In this document: positions 39,752 through 50,237 of the stretch, in pieces | Layout of the letters: each line of letters opens with the position of its first letter | How positions within the stretch are numbered: position 1 is the stretch's first letter | NCBI GenBank assembly: GCA_963716175.1 | Contig: OY970296.1 | Span: 4,448,001 to 4,512,000 of the forward strand | Length of the DNA stretch: 64,000 bases | DNA from: an uncultured Armatimonadetes bacterium | Lineage (GTDB): Bacteria > Armatimonadota > Hebobacteria > Hebobacterales > Hebobacteraceae | Reading direction: 5' to 3' | Notes under the pieces: generated by a model | The model's input: only the letters and a program-made list of their open reading frames with translations | The model's database searches: none | Told to the model about the DNA's origin: nothing | Program-made: the position numbers and the translations under genes

Positions 39752-40950
39752 TTACCCCTCTAGCAGCCGTACCGCGGTCAAGGTTAGCATGGCGGCGCCG
39801 ATCGGGAGCACGCGGCGGTCATCGAAGTCGAACTGGGCGTTGTGGCCGGGTGCAACGAATCCCTTCTTCTCATCCCGGATGCCGATGCGGAACATGGCCG
39901 CCGGAACGCCGGCCAGCGCGAAATAGGAGAAATCCTCTCCTCCCAGGCCCGGCCTCGGAATCTCCGTCAGGCCGTCCTCCCCGAGCATCTCGCGGGCTGC
40001 CCCAGCGATCACGTCCACAACCCCGTCATTGTTGACGAGGGGCGGATAGCTCTCCTCGATCTTCACCCGCAGGCTGGCACCGACGGCGGCAACGACCTTC
40101 CGCAGATCGCCTCTCAAGAAGCGAAGGATCGCTTGCCGGCTCTCGGGTTCCAGGCTGCGAATCGTCCCCTCCAGGCTCACCTCGTCTGCGAGGATGTTCA
40201 TCCGCGTGCCCCCGCGGATGATACCAAACCCGATCAGTCTGCGATCGAGCGGATTGGTATGGCGGGCGACGAACTGCTGAATGGCGAGAAAGGCTTGGCA
40301 GGCCGCCGAGATCGCGTCCACCCCCAGGTCCGGGCGGGCGACATGGGAGGTCTTCCCGCGGACAGTCAGGGTGACGTCATCCACCTGGGCGGTGTCGTAG
40401 CCGCGCCTGATCCCGACTTTGCCGGAGGCGGTCTCGGTATCCACGTGGAGGGCGGCGATCGCGGATACCTTCGGGCGCGCCAGCACGCCGTCTGCGATCA
40501 TGCGGGGCGCGCCCCCGCGCCCTCCTCCCCGGGTTGAAAGATCAGCTTCACATTGCCCGGCAGCCGGCCGCGCATCCGGTGCAAGATGGCGGCCGCGCCC
40601 AGCAAGCAGGCCACGTGCCCGTCGTGGCCGCAGGCGTGCATGAGACCAGGCTTACGCGAGCGGTAGGGCGCCTGGCTTTGTTCATCGAGCTCGAGGGCAT
40701 CCATGTCGGCCCGCAGGCCGATGGTCCTGGCGCCGCGCCCCCGAACCAGTCCAACCACCCCGGTCTCACCCACGCCCTCCCTGACTCTGTCCACCCCAAT
40801 CTCGCGGAGCCGCGCGGCCACGAAGGCCGCGGTCTCGTGCTCCTGCATGCTGGGCTCCGGGTGCATGTGGAGGTGCCGCCGCCAGGCCACCAGCCTGGAG
40901 GTCAGGTCCTGGGCTTCAGAAAGGATATTGCTTCCCCTGATTCGCCTCAC
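39752..40950 (-). CDS. M20D amidohydrolase; apparent frameshift at G5 run 40512-40516
   Basis: RRHLHMHPE, LRADMDAL, MHACGHDGH and FQPGEE in one frame; GGEDFS and GHN..FD in the next. Confidence 0.9.
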
Positions 40951-41040
40951 CTTGTCTTCCTTTCCGGCCTATGCTCGTGCGCCGATTGGTCTCGGTTGAC
41001 AGCACCCGCGTTCGCCGCGGCGGAACAGGCTTCCTATCTG

Positions 41041-41075
41041 GCAGAGGGCAGGGAGCAGAGAAGAGAGGAGAGAAC
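41041..41075 (+). repeat. Degenerate purine-rich heptamer repeat (5 units)
   Basis: GCAGAGG GCAGGGA GCAGAGA AGAGAGG AGAGAAC. Confidence 0.5.
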
Positions 41076-41091
41076 TGCAAGAGGGGCAACG

Positions 41092-41120
41092 GGTAGGGCA
41101 GGCCTGCGACCCGCCCTACC
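41092..41120. repeat. GTAG-type REP-like palindrome
   Basis: GGTAGGGCAGG-N7-CCCGCCCTACC; 10 of 11 bp pair. Confidence 0.55.
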
Positions 41121-41149
41121 ACGGCCACGATGGTTACCTGGCAAGCAAG

Positions 41150-42040
41150 GTGACGGAAACTCCGAGTGCCCCGCTCGATATCTGCGTTGTCTCCTGGCGG
41201 ACGCGCGATCTCCTCCGCGGCTGCCTCAGGTCGGTCGTGGGGCAGTCCGAGGCGGCCGAGATCGTGGTGGTGGACAACGCCTCCGGGGACGGGACGGTGG
41301 AGATGGTGCAGAAGGAGTTCCCGCAGGTCCGCCTCATCGCGAACGATCGCAACCTCGGTTTCGCGGCCGGGAATAACCAGGCGATCCGGGCCACCAAGGC
41401 CCCTTTCCTCTTCCTGCTGAATCCGGACACTGAAGTGCAGCCGGGAGCGTTGCCCGCACTGCTGGGTGTCTTCGGTGAAGGTGAACGAATCGCGGCGGTG
41501 GCCCCCCAGTTGCTCCTCCCGGAGGGCTCGATCCAGCGCTCCTGCCGCAGCTTCCCAGAGCCGGCCGCGCTCCTCTATGATGCTGTAGGCCTGGCTCGCC
41601 TCTTCCCTGGCAGCGAGGCCCTCGGCCGGTATCGTATGACCTATTGGGACCACAACAGCCGCCGGGAGGTGGATCAGCCCATGGCCTCGGCCCTGGCGCT
41701 GCGCCGGACCGCGCTGGAGGAAGTGGGGCTGTTCGACGAGGATTTCCCGCTCTATTTCAACGATGTGGATCTGTGCTTCCGGCTGCGGCGAGCGGGCTGG
41801 AGAATCCTGTTTGAGCCCAGGGCCAAAGTGGTGCATCATCTGGGCGCAAGCACCGGGCAGGTGCGCCCGGCCGCCATCATGGAGTCACACCGCAGCCTGA
41901 TCCGGTTCTACCGGAAGCACTATCGCGGGCGCGTCTGCTGCTGTGCGTACTGGCCCGTGGTCGCTGGCGCCTGGCTCACGATGTGGCCTCGCGCTGGGGC
42001 CGCCTGGCTCGCCGCGAGGATGAAGAGGCGTCGTCCCTGA
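41150..42040 (+). CDS. GT2 glycosyltransferase (WbbL-like)
   Basis: VVDNASGDGT, NLGFAAGNNQ, LLNPD and FDEDF.LYFNDVDLC motifs. Confidence 0.9.
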   Translation: MTETPSAPLDICVVSWRTRDLLRGCLRSVVGQSEAAEIVVVDNASGDGTVEMVQKEFPQVRLIANDRNLGFAAGNNQAIRATKAPFLFLLNPDTEVQPGALPALLGVFGEGERIAAVAPQLLLPEGSIQRSCRSFPEPAALLYDAVGLARLFPGSEALGRYRMTYWDHNSRREVDQPMASALALRRTALEEVGLFDEDFPLYFNDVDLCFRLRRAGWRILFEPRAKVVHHLGASTGQVRPAAIMESHRSLIRFYRKHYRGRVCCCAYWPVVAGAWLTMWPRAGAAWLAARMKRRRP

Positions 42041-43938
42041 GACAGGGGCCGATCATCTCTTCGATACTGGCTATCTCACCGCGGCTCAGCCCGTAAGCAC
42101 GGTAGACTGCGGCGTCAAGCCGCTTTACCAGGGCCGATCGCGCGGCGATATCGGTAGCATCAAGGAGCGCCGCCGCCAGACCGGCCAGCTTCTCTCTTCC
42201 CGCGCCTGGGACAGGCAGCAGCGCCAGCTTGCTGACTTTCACCTGGGCGAAGGCGCGGCCTCCCTCCGGCGCCACCCGCGGTAGAGCGCGGCGAAGGCGC
42301 GCGAGTTCAGCACCGCCAGCAGCGCGAGCAGGTCGTGCTCCGTCTTTCCCGTGATCGCGATCACGCTGCGGCCGAACCAGACTCCCCGCCGGTCGAGGGT
42401 GGCGACCGGCCAATCTGCCGTCTGGCGGAAGAGTATCTTGGGAGTCAGCCGGTACACCGGCTCCCGCACCGATACACGCTCAACCGCTCCGATCCGGCCG
42501 CGCCAGTCATGCCTCAACCAGGCCGAATGGGCGATCTCACTGAAGGGTGCGAAATCGCGCCCGCGCGCCACAGGTATGTCATCGGGATGCTCGCGCGTGC
42601 CCGAGTACAGGAGCGCCCGGCCGATCTCCGCCCGCGGGTAGTTGATCCCCACATCGTGGAACTCGAATCCTGGGCCGGGGGCAGCCAATGGCGCCAGCGC
42701 CGCGGTCAAGCGCGCCAGTAGTTGACGCAGCCAGGCGGACGGCAGCAGGAAGCTGCTGTGCGAAGCTGTGGTAGGGGCATCGCGCGGTGTGGGCGACCCG
42801 GCCTGGGAGAGCGCGGCGTCGAGCCCTGAGCGCGGCACGCGGCGCAGGTCGAGAGTGGGGAAGGATTCCGGGGCGGCTTCCTTTCCCGTCAAGCAGAGCA
42901 GACAGGCAGGCGCCGTCGCTCCCGCGAAGATGCTCTCACCCAGCAGGGCCACCTTCAGTGGCCGGAATCGCTCCAGGAGAGAGCGCCGCATCCCCTGATA
43001 GCGCACCTGCGAAAGCACCGTGTCGGGCAGGACCAGGCCCACCGCGCCGTCATCCCGCGCTGTGTCTGCCGCGAGCTGCAGGAAGAAGAGATAGCTGTCG
43101 CGATGGCCCGACAGTGCCTTGGGCGCGGCCGCCGCCAGCCGCGGGGCTTGCTCCGCCGACAGCTTCACGCCCCAGGGTGGGTTGCCCAGCACGATGTCGA
43201 AGCTGCGCGGAGGAGGTGGCGCCGAGAGCGCATCTTGCACCGAGAGATGATCGGCCGGGACCCTTGCCGGCCGGCCCGGCCGCGACCCCGCGAGCCAGAG
43301 CGCCATCCGGCTGGCCTCGGCCGCAACTGGGTTCAACTCGAGGCCGAAGATGCAGTCCCGGAGCGCGACGCGACGGACGTCGTTCTCCTCCTCCCCTCCC
43401 CCATCGCGCCGGCAATCGCCTCCATCGCGGCCACCGCGAAGGCGCCGGCGCCCATCGCGGGATCGAGGAGCCTGAAAGAGAGGACCTGAGGCGCGCCCGC
43501 GCCCCGCCCGATGAGCGTGCCCCGCACCACCGTCTCGGCGATCTCGTCCGCGATCCAGGCCGGGGTGTAATAGCTGCCGCTGGCGCGCCGGCCCGGCTGC
43601 AGCAACAGCTCGCAGAAGCGGCCCAGGCGCTCGGCCGCAGCGCGCGGCGCAGCTTCTCCTGCGACCGGCTCCACCGAGGCGCGGGCGGCCTGGCAGCTCG
43701 CCTCTGCCTCCGTAGGCGGCCAGGCCAGGCCCTCCAGTCCCAGGCTCGCCTGAGCTTCGAGGAAGGCCTGCCGCACATCGTTGACGGATTGGCGCATGTC
43801 GGCGCTGGTGCCGGAAGCGGCCCGCACCGGGTCGGCCAGGGAGGGCGGCAGCAGGTCGAGGGCAAGCGCCTCCAGGAGAAAGCGGAGCCGCAGCGCGAGC
43901 GCGGCTGATTCCGGGTCGAGTGCCGGGGCGCCGCTCAC
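41976..43938 (-). CDS. Gamma-class N6-adenine DNA methyltransferase with TaqI-like C-terminal domain; two apparent frameshifts (about 43395 and 42276)
   Basis: GSYYTP, DPAMGAGAF, IFGLELNP.A, FDIVLGNPPW, KILFRQT and LLAVLNS motifs; GTG start overlaps the rfbB stop. Confidence 0.8.
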
Positions 43939-44936
43939 CGCTGCTCGTACTGGCGGCGGTAGAACTCGCGGTAGAGCTCGCCCGACTTGATCGGCTCCCA
44001 CCACTGGCGATTCTCCACGTACCACCGGGCGGTGGCACGCAGCGCCTGCCCCGCGTCGTAGCGCGGCTCCCAGCCCAGAGCTCCTAGCTTGCGCGAGTTC
44101 ACCGCATAGCGCCGGTCGTGGCCCGGCCGGTCCTTCACGTGCTGGATCAGGGACTCCGGCTTGCCCAACTCGGCGAGCAGCAGCCGCGCCATCTCGATGT
44201 TGGGCATCTCGTTGCCCGCGCCGATGTTGTAGACCTGCCCCGGCTCGCCCTTTTCCAGCGCGAGCAGGATACCCCGACAATGGTCCTCCACGTGCGTGTA
44301 GTCACGCACCTGGAGGCCGTCGCCGTAGAGAGGCAAGGGCTTGTTCTCAAGGGCATTGCTGACGAAGAGCGGGACCACCTTCTCCGGGTACTGGTAAGGG
44401 CCGATGTTATTGGCGCCGCGGGTGATCACCACACTGGTCTGATAGGTCGTCCAGTAAGACAGCGCGAGCAGATCAGCGCCTGATTTGCTGGCGGCATAGG
44501 GGCTGCTTGGCCGCAAGGGCCAGCTCTCCTCGGCCTCGCCCTCGGCGATGCTCCCGTAGACTTCATCGGTGCTCACCTGGAGCAGCCGGCCCGCTTTGCC
44601 CTGCCGGACTGCCTCCAGCAGCACGAAGGTGCCGATGACATCAGTGCGCAGGAAGGCCACAGGATCCATGATGGAGCGGTCCACATGGGTCTCGGCGGCG
44701 AAGTTGACGATGGCGTCGGCTCCCTCCGCGGCCGCGGCCACTGCCTCCTCATCGCAGATATCACCTTTGACGAACCGATAGCGGGGATGATCTGCTACGT
44801 CCTTCAGGTTGGCCAGGTTCCCGGCGTAGGTGAGCCTATCGAGGTTCGCGACATGCCAGTCCGGGCGCTCGGCCAGCACCAGGTGGATGAAGTTGCTCCC
44901 GATGAACCCTGCCCCACCCGTCACCAGCAGCTTCAT
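43935..44936 (-). CDS. rfbB: dTDP-glucose 4,6-dehydratase
   Basis: GGAGFIG, LTYAGN, AAETHVDRS, STDEVYG, YAASK and DRPGHDRRY motifs. Confidence 0.97.
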   Translation of the reverse strand: MKLLVTGGAGFIGSNFIHLVLAERPDWHVANLDRLTYAGNLANLKDVADHPRYRFVKGDICDEEAVAAAAEGADAIVNFAAETHVDRSIMDPVAFLRTDVIGTFVLLEAVRQGKAGRLLQVSTDEVYGSIAEGEAEESWPLRPSSPYAASKSGADLLALSYWTTYQTSVVITRGANNIGPYQYPEKVVPLFVSNALENKPLPLYGDGLQVRDYTHVEDHCRGILLALEKGEPGQVYNIGAGNEMPNIEMARLLLAELGKPESLIQHVKDRPGHDRRYAVNSRKLGALGWEPRYDAGQALRATARWYVENRQWWEPIKSGELYREFYRRQYEQR

Positions 44937-45769
44937 GCTCCCCTCCTCCCGGCCTCCAGTCGCCGCGCTGCCAGCACCCGGTCCGCGGGTGCGTCGAAAC
45001 CTGAGCCCTCCATCTCCAGGAACTGCTGCACCGCCCGCCAGCCCAGGTAGACCCCGGCACGCGAGGGCCAGTCTCCCCGCGCCCCGCGCCCGTAGATGAC
45101 TCGGGCTGCGAGCGCCTCGTCCTCTGACTCCAGAGCGGATTCGATAGCGCGCCACAATTGCCCTTCGTACTGGCGCAGGGCGGCGACCTGTCCGGCGCGC
45201 ATTAGCAGGTGCTCGTGCGCGGGGCGCTCCGGGAAGGCGCGGGTTGAGAACTCCACCGCGAACCCCTCGTCCACGAGCCGGTCGGCCAGGTTGCGAGCGC
45301 TCGAGAGCGCGCGGCGATAGCAGTGGCCATACTCATGGGCGAGCAGGATCGGCACCAAGCGAAGGCTGCCCAATCGCTCCATCCCGATGCCGATCGCCCA
45401 TCGTCCCTCCACCTGGAAGGCGAAGCCGTCAGGGCTGAAGAAGCCAACCAGATAGTAGGCCTCGGGTTCGGGCGAAAGCGGCGCTGCGGCCTGGCAGCGC
45501 GCCATCGCCTCCCTCGCCAGCTCGCTCGGATCGGCCTCTCGCACCACATCGCGCAGCAGACCGTAGTCCTGCGGCCGCACCCGGCGCACGCGCTCCTGCC
45601 ACACCGCCCTCGGGCGCCCCATGCACTGCTCCCACCAGGCCTCCAGTGCGGCGCGGTGCGGGTTCAGGTAAAGCTCCTGATAGGCCTCCCAGGGATCGGC
45701 CGGACCGGCCGCGAGGGCATCGAGGAAGCGCAGGAAATCCAGGTATAGCAGGTGCGCGCTCATCGCCAT
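44933..45769 (-). CDS. Putative Zn-dependent protease (DUF2268-like)
   Basis: LAHEYGH (HExxH) and LVDEGFA motifs. Confidence 0.65.
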   Translation of the reverse strand: MAMSAHLLYLDFLRFLDALAAGPADPWEAYQELYLNPHRAALEAWWEQCMGRPRAVWQERVRRVRPQDYGLLRDVVREADPSELAREAMARCQAAAPLSPEPEAYYLVGFFSPDGFAFQVEGRWAIGIGMERLGSLRLVPILLAHEYGHCYRRALSSARNLADRLVDEGFAVEFSTRAFPERPAHEHLLMRAGQVAALRQYEGQLWRAIESALESEDEALAARVIYGRGARGDWPSRAGVYLGWRAVQQFLEMEGSGFDAPADRVLAARRLEAGRRGA

Positions 45770-47043
45770 TCGGCCGGCGCAGGTTCGGCCACGCCGGCCG
45801 CCCGGCGGAGGCGCTGCGCCAGATCCTGCGGCACCCGGGCCTGGAGCGCAATGCCCTCCGGCGTGAACTCCTCAGATAGGACTCGCCCCCGCGCGTGGAC
45901 CTGTGACAGCAGGTCCTGCGCACTGAACGGAACCACCACCGCCACCGGCACCAGCGCTTGCTCCAAGCGCTCGGCAATGAGACGAACCAGGTCGTCCAGG
46001 CCTTCGCCGCCGAGAGCCGAGAGCACCACCCCACACCTCTCCCACGCCGCGCGGGCCTCCAGCCGCGGCCGGTCCATCACCCGGTCGCACTTGTTGAAGG
46101 CCATGATGGTCGGCTTGCCCGCGCTATCCAGCTCGGCGAGCACCCGCTGGGCCGCGATCATCTGCTCCTCCATCTGCGGGTGGCTGGCGTCAACCACGTG
46201 CACCAGCACATCGGCCTCCATCACCTCCTCCAGGGTGGCGTGAAAGGCAGCCACCAGTTGAGGTGGGAGATCGCGGATGAGGCCCACCGTGTCCACCAGC
46301 AGCACCTCCCGCCCACCCGGGAGGACAATGCGGCGGATCGTCGGGTCGAGGGTGGCGAACAGCAGGTCCTCCACGAAGACACCGGCTCCAGACAGAGCAT
46401 TGAGCAAGGTGGATTTTCCGGCATTGGTGTAGCCCACCAGGGCGGCCACCGGCATGCCCGCCCTCTGCCGCTGTCGCCGCTCCAGCGCCCGGCGCTCGCC
46501 GATCTTCTCCACTTGCTTGCGCAGCGTGCTGAGCCGACGGCGAATCTTCCTCCGGTCCGCCACCAGCTTGGTCTCTCCCGGGCCTCTGGTGCCGATGCCA
46601 CCACCGAGGCGAGACAGCGTGGTGCCCTTTCCGGTCAGGCGCGGCAGCAGGTAGTTGAGCTGCGCCAACTCCACCTGGAGCTTGCCCTCTCGGCTGCGCG
46701 CGCGCATGGCGAAGATGTCCAGGATGATGGCGCTGCGGCCCAGCACACCGGCCCCGGTGGCGTCTTCCAGGTTGTGCTCCTGGCCCGGCGTGATCTCCCC
46801 GTCCACCAGCACCAGATCGGCGCGCAGCTCCGCGGCGAGGCCGCGAATCTCGTGCGCCTTGCCCTTGCCCACATAGTAGAGCGGGTCCGGCTTGTCCCGC
46901 TTCTGAGTGACAGTGCCGACCACCTCGCCGCCCACGGTCTGGGCCAGCCGCGCCAGCTCCGCCAGCGAATCCTGCCACTCGGTGCCCGGACCTTGGATCG
47001 CCACCAGCAGCGTGCGCTCTCGCTGTGACTGCTCTATTGACAT
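45760..47043 (-). CDS. hflX: GTPase HflX
   Basis: EGKLQVELAQ, GIGTRGPGE, GYTNAGKST, LFATLD, DTVG and NKCD motifs. Confidence 0.97.
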   Translation of the reverse strand: MSIEQSQRERTLLVAIQGPGTEWQDSLAELARLAQTVGGEVVGTVTQKRDKPDPLYYVGKGKAHEIRGLAAELRADLVLVDGEITPGQEHNLEDATGAGVLGRSAIILDIFAMRARSREGKLQVELAQLNYLLPRLTGKGTTLSRLGGGIGTRGPGETKLVADRRKIRRRLSTLRKQVEKIGERRALERRQRQRAGMPVAALVGYTNAGKSTLLNALSGAGVFVEDLLFATLDPTIRRIVLPGGREVLLVDTVGLIRDLPPQLVAAFHATLEEVMEADVLVHVVDASHPQMEEQMIAAQRVLAELDSAGKPTIMAFNKCDRVMDRPRLEARAAWERCGVVLSALGGEGLDDLVRLIAERLEQALVPVAVVVPFSAQDLLSQVHARGRVLSEEFTPEGIALQARVPQDLAQRLRRAAGVAEPAPAEWR

Positions 47044-48224
47044 CAGCCTAGCTTCACTTTCTCCTTGATGCGGGCCACCGCTTCCACGATCCTCTCCTCC
47101 GGCCGGCCCCCTTGCACGGTGAGCGAGAACCGCACATAGCCCTCGCCGTGCTCCCCATAGGCGCTGCCCGGGGTGACCAGCACTCCCGCCTCCCGCAACA
47201 GCGTCTCGGCGAGAGCGGCGGAGCTATAGCCCCTGGGCACAGGCGCCCACACGTAGCAGGTCGCCTTGGGCTTGGGGATCCGCCAGCCGATTCGGGCCAG
47301 GCCGTCCACCAGCAGGTCTCGCCTCCTCTGGTAGATGGCGCGGACCTTCTCCGGCCCGTCTTGCGGCCCGGTCAGCGCCGCCACCGCGGCCCGTTGGATC
47401 GCCATGAAGGCCCCCGAATCAACGTTCGACTTCAGTTTCTCGAGGGCGCTCAGCGCCTCGCCGTTACCCACCGCGAACCCGATGCGCCACCCGGTCATGT
47501 TATAGGTCTTCGAGAGGGAATGGATCTCGATCGCCACCTCCTTAGCTCCCTCGACCTGAAGCAGACTCTGCGGCTGGTGGCCGTCATAGTACAGCTCGGA
47601 ATAGGCCATGTCGAGGCAGACCAGCAAGTTGCGCCCGGCCGCGAACTCGACCAGCCTCCGGTAGAAGTCTACCCCGGCCACCGCCCCGGTGGGCATGTTG
47701 GGGTAGCAGAGGTAGATCAGCCGGGCGCGCCCAAGCGCCTGCGGCGGGATCGCCTGCAGGTCGGGCAGATAGCCGTCGGCTTGGGGGAGGGGCATGAAGT
47801 GCAGCTCCCCGCCGGCGAACATGGAAGCCACCTTGTAGACCGGGTAACCAGGATCCGGAATCAGGGCGACATCGCCGGGATTCAGCACCGTCCAGGCGAG
47901 ATGCGCGATCCCCTCCTTGGCGCCGATCAGCCGCAGCACCTCCCGGTCCGGGTCGAGAGAGACACCAAAGCGCGCGCGATACCAGGAAGCGACCGCCCGC
48001 CGGAACTCCGGCAGGCCCTTCCCGGTCTCATCGTATTGATGGGTGCTGGGATCGCGGGCGGCCTCGCAGAGCGCGGCGACGATGTGCGAGGGGGTAGGCT
48101 GATCGGGATCGCCGATGCCGAAGTCTATCAGGTCGGCGCCCTCCTCTCTCGCCTTTGCCTTTAGCCGCGCCAGCTCCGCGAAGGGATAGGGTGGCGTCCT
48201 CAGCAATCGGTCAGCGACTTGCAT
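47043..48224 (-). CDS. dapL: LL-diaminopimelate aminotransferase
   Basis: PPYPFA, GIGDPD, YPNMPTG and SLSKTYNMTGWRIG motifs; adjacent to dapF. Confidence 0.85.
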   Translation of the reverse strand: MQVADRLLRTPPYPFAELARLKAKAREEGADLIDFGIGDPDQPTPSHIVAALCEAARDPSTHQYDETGKGLPEFRRAVASWYRARFGVSLDPDREVLRLIGAKEGIAHLAWTVLNPGDVALIPDPGYPVYKVASMFAGGELHFMPLPQADGYLPDLQAIPPQALGRARLIYLCYPNMPTGAVAGVDFYRRLVEFAAGRNLLVCLDMAYSELYYDGHQPQSLLQVEGAKEVAIEIHSLSKTYNMTGWRIGFAVGNGEALSALEKLKSNVDSGAFMAIQRAAVAALTGPQDGPEKVRAIYQRRRDLLVDGLARIGWRIPKPKATCYVWAPVPRGYSSAALAETLLREAGVLVTPGSAYGEHGEGYVRFSLTVQGGRPEERIVEAVARIKEKVKLG

Positions 48225-48248
48225 TCTCGTTCCTCCCAGAGGATACGT

Positions 48249-49106
<858 letters not shown>

Positions 49107-49280
49107 CTGTCAGGCCTCCCTCAGAAACCCAAACAGCGCCGGTGCGACTTGCTGTCCGCTCCGGCGCTGCTCGCTTCCTTCCGCTGCTTTCCTGTCGGGC
49201 TCAGCCGACCTCCAGATCAGGCGCGCGGCGAGGCGAGGGGGACCGGAGCGGTCCACCCTGGCGCTTGGTGCGCTTCGCCA

Positions 49281-50224
49281 TCAACCTGCGCTCGCCCATG
49301 TCTCTCTCCACCGCTGTGCGATCTGCCCCGCAACCTGCTTGGGGCCGCCGAGCTTCGTCACCTCCACCCACTCGATCCGCCGGTCTACCCGGAACCAGGT
49401 CAGTTGGCGTTTGGCAAACCGCCGGCTGTCCCGCTTCAGCAGCTGCACCGCTTCCTCGAGCGAGCACGCCCCTCGCAGATGCGGGAGGAGCTGCGCATAG
49501 CCCAGGCCCTTCATGGACACGAGTCCTTCGCCGTATCCCCGGCCGGCCAGCCGCCGGACTTCCTCGACCAGGCCTCGCGCGACCATCTCGTCCACCCGGA
49601 CTTCGATGCGGCGGTAAAGCTCGGCCCTGGGCAAGAGCAGCCCGAACTCCCTGATGCCGGCATTGTAACGCGCTCTTCGCTCCCGGTCAAGCGATTGCAG
49701 CTCAGAGATGGGCCGGCCGGTCTGTGCTTGCACCTCCAGGGCGCGGATGATGCGCTTGGCATCGCGGGGTGGATGCGCTGGCCGGCCTCGGGGTCAACCT
49801 GCACCAGCCGCGCGTGCAGGGCCGCCAGCCCGTTCACCCGCGCCTCCTCCATCAGCTGGCGGCGCAGCTCCGGGGCGGGCGGGGCCATGGGAAATGCCAA
49901 GCCGTCCACCACTGCCCGCACGTACAGCCCGCTCCCTCCCACCAGTATCGGCAGCCGCCCTCGGCCGCGGATCTGCGCCAGCGCGGCCTGCGCCCGCGCC
50001 TGGTAATCGGCGACCGAGAAGGGCTGGTCCGGGTCCACAATGTCAATCAAGTGGTGAGGCACGCGGGCAAGCTGCTCGGCGCTGGGCTTCCCAGTGCCGA
50101 TGTCCATGCCCCGGTAGACCTGCATGGAATCCGCCGAGATGATCTCGCCCCCGAGCGCCTCGGCGAGCAGGATCCCGACCTCGGTCTTGCCAGCGGCGGT
50201 GGGGCCCACGATGGCGAGTAACAT
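49281..50224 (-). CDS. miaA: tRNA dimethylallyltransferase; apparent frameshift at C4 run 49766-49769
   Basis: GPTAAGKT, SADSMQVY.GMDIGT and GGSGLY in one frame; DAKRIIRALEV and FAKRQLTWF in the next. Confidence 0.93.
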
Positions 50225-50237
50225 TTCGGCTATCGGC

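Noticed and set aside
49107-49280. Possible hfq or small gene between miaA and dapF
   Set aside because: Only a short basic frame (MAKRTKRQGG...) with no Sm-fold motif; not supportable.
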